Shown piece by piece: positions 61,514-64,000 of a stretch of DNA of 64,000 bases. The DNA lies in contig CADASK010000024.1 in assembly GCA_902790495.1 (NCBI GenBank), positions 5,625 through 69,624 on the forward strand. Direction: 5' to 3'. Made by a program: the position numbers and the translations under genes. The notes beneath the pieces are model-generated. The model was not told the origin of the DNA. It worked only from the letters and a program-made list of their open reading frames with translations, and ran no database searches. Positions within the stretch are counted from its first letter, which is position 1, and each line of letters opens with the position of its first letter. The DNA comes from an uncultured Eubacteriales bacterium. Lineage in GTDB: Bacteria > Bacillota > Clostridia > Christensenellales > Aristaeellaceae.

Positions 61514-61633
61514 CGAAGGGGTGGAGGGGGCGCCGAACGCCCGGAAAACTCCACAGTGTGGAGTTTTCAGTGAGGCGAAAGCGGCAGCGACATGATCGCA
61601 AAGCCCCCTCCCCGCGCCCGCAGGCGCGGAACC
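61514..61633 (+). repeat. Family-1 repeat, divergent long form (C17)
   Basis: cgaaggggt GGAGGGGG [cgccgaacgcccgGAAAACTCCACagtGTGGAGTTTTCagtgaggcgaaagcggcagcgacatga] tcgcaaag CCCCCTCC CCGCGCC cgca GGCGCGG aacc. Confidence 0.9.
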
Positions 61634-61656
61634 TCCGCTGGCAAACAATGCAAAAA

Positions 61657-61690
61657 GCCTTTCTCACCGATGCTGGGAGAAAGGCTTTTT
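61657..61690 (+). terminator. Rho-independent terminator of the sugar ABC operon
   Basis: GCCTTTCTC accgatgctgg GAGAAAGGC ttttt. Confidence 0.85.
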
Positions 61691-61696
61691 GTATGC

Positions 61697-61725
61697 TTGA
61701 TTCATCCCGGGAGGTGTGGTAAAAT
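61697..61725 (+). promoter_or_regulatory. Promoter of glgB
   Basis: TTGATT, 17-nt spacer, TAAAAT. Confidence 0.5.
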
Positions 61726-61781
61726 CAGATCATCATCGATACCGAAACATCCATCCTCACGCGAGAGAAAGGTGATTGCCT

Positions 61782-63761
61782 ATGCTGCGTATCCTCAAAA
61801 CCCACCCGGAGCTGCAGCCCTACGAATCCGACCTCGAGCTGCGCATGCGGCTCTACAAAGATAAGAAGCGCCAGCTGGTGGACGACAAGACCCCGCTGAG
61901 CAGCTTCGCCAACGCCCACCACTGGTACGGCTTCCACCAGGAGCCGGACGGCTGGGTCTACCGCGAGTGGGCCCCCGCCGCGGATCAGCTCTACCTGACC
62001 GGCGACTTCAACAGCTGGGCCTGGACGAAGACGCCCATGACTCGCCTGGACAACGGCAACTGGGAGCTGAAGCTGCCCGGCAACACCCTGCAGCAGGGCA
62101 GCCGGGTCATGACCATCGTGCGCAACGGCGACCGGCTGACCCAGCACATCCCGCTCTTCGCCCGCCGCGTGACCCAGGACTGGGTGACCCAGAGCTGGTG
62201 CTGCGAGGTGTGGGACGACATGACGCCCTACCCCTGGACGGATCAGGACTTTACCTGCGACGAGGCCCCGCTGATCTACGAGGCCCACGTGGGCATGTCC
62301 AGCGAGGAGTACCGCATCGCCACCTACCGCGAGTTTGCGGACAATGTGCTGCCCCACGTGCAGGACGCCGGCTACAACACCGTGCAGCTGATGGCCGTGA
62401 TGGAGCACCCCTACTACGGCTCCTTCGGCTACCAGGTCAGCAGCTTCTACGCCGCCTCCAGCCGCTTCGGCTACCCGGACGACCTGAAGTACCTCGTCAA
62501 CAAGGCCCACGCCATGGGCATCCGCGTGCTGCTGGACGTGGTGCACTCCCACGCGGTGGGCAACACGCTGGAGGGCATCAACCTCTTCGACGGCACCTCC
62601 TACCAGTTCTTCCACGAGGGGCCGGAGGGCGACCATCCCGCCTGGGGCACCAAGCTGTTCAACTACGCCAAGCCCGAGGTGCTGCACTTCCTGCTCAGCA
62701 ACCTGAAGTTCTGGCTGGAGGAGTACCACTTCGACGGCTTCCGCTTTGACGGCGTCACCTCCATGCTCTACCACGACCACGGCCTGGGCGTGGCCTTCAG
62801 CGACCTGAGCAAGTACTTCACCATGAACACGGACACCGAGGCCGTGACCTACCTGCAGCTGGCCAACGAGCTGATCCGCCAGGTGAACCCCCACGCCCTG
62901 ACCATCGCCGAGGACATGAGCGGCATGCCCGGCATGTGCGAGCCCATCGCGGACGGCGGCATCGGCTTTGACGCCCGCCTGGGCATGGGCATCCCCGACC
63001 TGTGGATCCGCTGGGTGAAGGAGCGCCGCGACGAGGACTGGAACCTGGGCGAGGTGTGGAAGGAGCTGACCTTCCGCAACGCCCCCACCATCGCCTATGT
63101 GGAGAGCCACGACCAGGCCCTCGTGGGCGACCAGACCATGATGTTCCGCCTGGCCGGGGCCGCCATGTACGACCAGATGAGCGCCGACTGCCACACCCAA
63201 GTGATCGACCGTGCCATCGCCCTGCACAAGATGATCCGCCTGCTGACCATGGCCGCCGGCGGCACGGGCTACCTGACCTTCATGGGCAACGAGTTCGGCC
63301 ATCCGGAGTGGATCGACTTCCCGCGCCCCGGCAACGGCAACAGCTTCCAGTACTGCCGCCGCCAGTGGAGCCTGATGACGAACCCCGCGCTGAAATACCA
63401 GGGCCTGTACAACTTCGACCATGACATGATCCACACCGCCCGGCGCTACCACATCTTCAAGGAGGGCTGGCCCACGCTGCAGTACATCCACGAGGATCAG
63501 CACGTGCTGGCCTTTGAGCGCGGCGGGCTGCTGTTCGTGTTCAACTTCTCGCCCAACCAGAGCTACACCGACTACCCGATCCCGGTGAGCCGCGGCGTGG
63601 ATTACCGTCCGCTCTTCTCCACGGACGACACGCGCTACGGCGGCTTCGGCCGCGTGGGCCACGACCCGGTGAGCGCCTATGTGCCCGGGATGGAGGGCAA
63701 TCACGTGCGGCTCTATCTCCCCGCCAGGACGGCGATGGTGCTGGCGCCAACCGATCTGTAA
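61782..63761 (+). CDS. glgB: 1,4-alpha-glucan branching enzyme (GH13)
   Basis: GH13 catalytic regions DVVHSH, GFRFDGVTSM, AEDMSG and VESHDQ. N-terminal CBM48-like segment. ATG 61782 lies 7 nt after aaaggtg. Confidence 0.88.
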   Translation: MLRILKTHPELQPYESDLELRMRLYKDKKRQLVDDKTPLSSFANAHHWYGFHQEPDGWVYREWAPAADQLYLTGDFNSWAWTKTPMTRLDNGNWELKLPGNTLQQGSRVMTIVRNGDRLTQHIPLFARRVTQDWVTQSWCCEVWDDMTPYPWTDQDFTCDEAPLIYEAHVGMSSEEYRIATYREFADNVLPHVQDAGYNTVQLMAVMEHPYYGSFGYQVSSFYAASSRFGYPDDLKYLVNKAHAMGIRVLLDVVHSHAVGNTLEGINLFDGTSYQFFHEGPEGDHPAWGTKLFNYAKPEVLHFLLSNLKFWLEEYHFDGFRFDGVTSMLYHDHGLGVAFSDLSKYFTMNTDTEAVTYLQLANELIRQVNPHALTIAEDMSGMPGMCEPIADGGIGFDARLGMGIPDLWIRWVKERRDEDWNLGEVWKELTFRNAPTIAYVESHDQALVGDQTMMFRLAGAAMYDQMSADCHTQVIDRAIALHKMIRLLTMAAGGTGYLTFMGNEFGHPEWIDFPRPGNGNSFQYCRRQWSLMTNPALKYQGLYNFDHDMIHTARRYHIFKEGWPTLQYIHEDQHVLAFERGGLLFVFNFSPNQSYTDYPIPVSRGVDYRPLFSTDDTRYGGFGRVGHDPVSAYVPGMEGNHVRLYLPARTAMVLAPTDL

Positions 63762-63784
63762 TCCCCCAAGCTTTCACATGAAAA

Positions 63785-63827
63785 GCCTCATCTGTCAGTT
63801 TTTGCGCATCTGGCCGATGAGGCTTTT
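63785..63827 (+). terminator. Terminator after glgB
   Basis: GCCTCATC ...23 nt... GATGAGGC tttt. Confidence 0.7.
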
Positions 63828-63927
63828 GCGATTGCTGCATTTTCCCATTGCCACACCCCCGTTCTTTGTGGTATACTGGGAGCAGCGAAAATGCGTTCCC
63901 AATTTCATACCACAGGAGGCTCAGGTT

Positions 63928-64000
63928 ATGCTGAAGGATTTTGAACCACGCGAAACCGAGGACAAGGAGCAGCTCAAAGCGGAAATCAAGCAGCTCAAGG
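63928..64000 (+). CDS. 5' end of an unidentified gene (continues beyond window)
   Basis: ATG 63928 lies 8 nt after aggagg. Reads MLKDFEPRETEDKEQLKAEIKQLK. Confidence 0.5.
   Translation, partial: MLKDFEPRETEDKEQLKAEIKQLK

Overview
The window is a high-GC chromosomal segment. Hand-counted 60-nt lines in housekeeping genes give about 67% GC. Gene content suggests an anaerobic Clostridia-like Firmicute; this is inference and cannot be verified here. I support about 55 protein-coding genes.

**Gene content**
- SPFH/zinc-ribbon protein.
- Fe(3+)-type ABC transporter.
- Housekeeping genes: clpB, typA, prfC, galM, bioY, rubredoxin, coaE and glgB.
- Conserved triad of radical-SAM TIGR03960, TIGR03936 and RNase G.
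- GlpA-like/oxidoreductase/DUF1667 cluster followed by GH39 and an Fe-S aldo-keto reductase.
- Large sugar locus: ROK regulator, chvE-gguAB, xylB, DUF4867, a FucI-like isomerase and a second ABC system.
- Fic protein and a PadR/DUF2812 pair.

**Accessory regions**
- A low-GC island carries an MmeI-like Type IIL restriction-modification enzyme (8.7-11.6 kb).
- A low-GC islet at 15.96-17.5 kb carries a predicted type I toxin-antitoxin module: a 26-aa holin-like peptide plus a convergent small RNA.
- A decayed prophage remnant at 34.6-39.1 kb keeps only the XRE/ImmA, sigma-like, terS-like, terL and portal genes.

**Main unexplained signal**
The strongest signal not explained by genes is non-coding: two families of densely scattered, strictly intergenic structured repeats.
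- Family 1 has 17 copies, 10 short and 7 long. Each copy is two adjacent hairpins. The stems differ in sequence between copies but stay complementary. The long form has a further nested hairpin with compensatory substitutions.
- Family 2 has 8 units and is a different double hairpin, also with covarying stems.
- Copies sit in 3' UTR or intercistronic positions. They bracket typA and a flippase gene, and they contribute the 3' ends of two ORFs.

No tRNA, rRNA or CRISPR array was seen. All coordinates were read by eye; expect a few nt of uncertainty on non-coding features.
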